This document shows, piece by piece, positions 63,191 to 64,000 of a DNA stretch of 64,000 nucleotides. The stretch is from Antedon mediterranea (lineage: Eukaryota > Animalia > Echinodermata): NCBI RefSeq assembly GCF_964355755.1, contig NC_092670.1, forward strand, positions 362,201-426,200. The letters run 5' to 3'. The position numbers and the translations under genes were made by a program. The notes beneath the pieces were generated by a model. That model worked only from the letters and a program-made list of their open reading frames with translations. It did no database searches and was not told the origin of the DNA. Within the stretch, counting starts at the first letter, position 1. The number at the start of each line of letters is the position of its first letter.

Positions 63191-64000
63191 TAGACTTGCC
63201 CCAAGTCTGTATTGTTTTTTTTTATGATTTATTTGTTTTTATTTCGACCGCGATTTTTGTCTGAAAATACAGACTTGTGAAACACGTATAGAAATCGATT
63301 TGCAGACCGCAAACATCTGATAAGAATGACGTAGGTTATCATACCGTATTTGGCTATATGGGGCGGGCGGTATGTAAATATGGATTTCGAATCAACCAAT
63401 GATCATTTTGTTTCAAAATGAAAAAGATCGAGTACGTACAGTGCTGAATGTACGAATTACGATCGAGACTGTTGAAATATGAAATCGTGTTGCCAAGTTG
63501 TTTTGTTTTATTGTTTAGTCCTTAGCCTAGGCCTCCTTCGTAGGTCGTACTCAACTCGCACGTATGATCTGCCAAATAAAACGCCAATAAGAGGTAGGCC
63601 TACATACCACCACCGGCACACAACAGGATTCACACACAACAGACAGGGCTACGACACCACTACACAGAACAGGATAGAGTCTGGGTGGGAATTAAATCAA
63701 ATTATCTCCACGTAATATTAAATGATCCATTTCAATGTTTGATTTGCGGAGAAGCAAGACGAGTTTTCATATTCTTGGGAAAAATCCCATCAAATGTTTA
63801 CCAGACTACTACTAGGCATATAAAATCATTTCTAGCCTTCAGAAACTTTCATCAATGTACCCAAGTACATTGTCTAAACGTAACATAGCGCATGCGTACC
63901 ATCTTAGTTGTTGAGTCTTTGAAATTCTGAAATATGAATATTAAAACGGTGTACGAGTGAGTAGCCAATCGCATGCAGCTGAAACTAGTCAACCGGATAA
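63191..64000 (-). mobile_element. Inverted copy of the 236-1201 element (runs off the window)
   Basis: Reverse complement aligns to ~403-1201 throughout. Confidence 0.9.

Noticed and set aside
403-64000. Inverted repeats at both window ends as TIRs of a giant 63-kb element
   Set aside because: The left copy has its own TSD and the right copy lies in an intron of an SLC5 gene that continues; they are independent insertions.

Overview
AT-rich eukaryotic (metazoan) DNA, probably from a marine invertebrate; an echinoderm-like origin is only an inference from the Deu-domain SINEs and the TE mix. Positions ~0.2-43 kb are almost entirely nested transposable elements. The largest is a 12.5-kb Academ(X)-type DNA transposon derivative (7318-19859) whose two ends are both copies of the right end. 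It carries a Sola2 remnant and three LINEs, one of them an intact Rex1-like element inserted inside another LINE. Also present: a CR1/L2-group LINE with a 2A-like (StopGo) motif and a PHD finger, a two-gene PIF/Harbinger element, a solo LTR, piggyBac/hAT/Harbinger MITEs and a second Academ-like non-autonomous element. Two host genes are visible. The first is a single-exon ORF with 55 tandem C2H2 zinc fingers (43298-48217) that behaves like an 84-bp coding minisatellite with higher-order duplications. The second is the first nine coding exons of an SLC5 sodium:solute symporter (52852 to beyond 63125), with minisatellites, a tandem Helentron-like element, a LINE fragment and a SINE in its introns. 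No prokaryotic features (CRISPR, operons, rRNA) are present. All calls come from reading the sequence by eye; no database searches were run.
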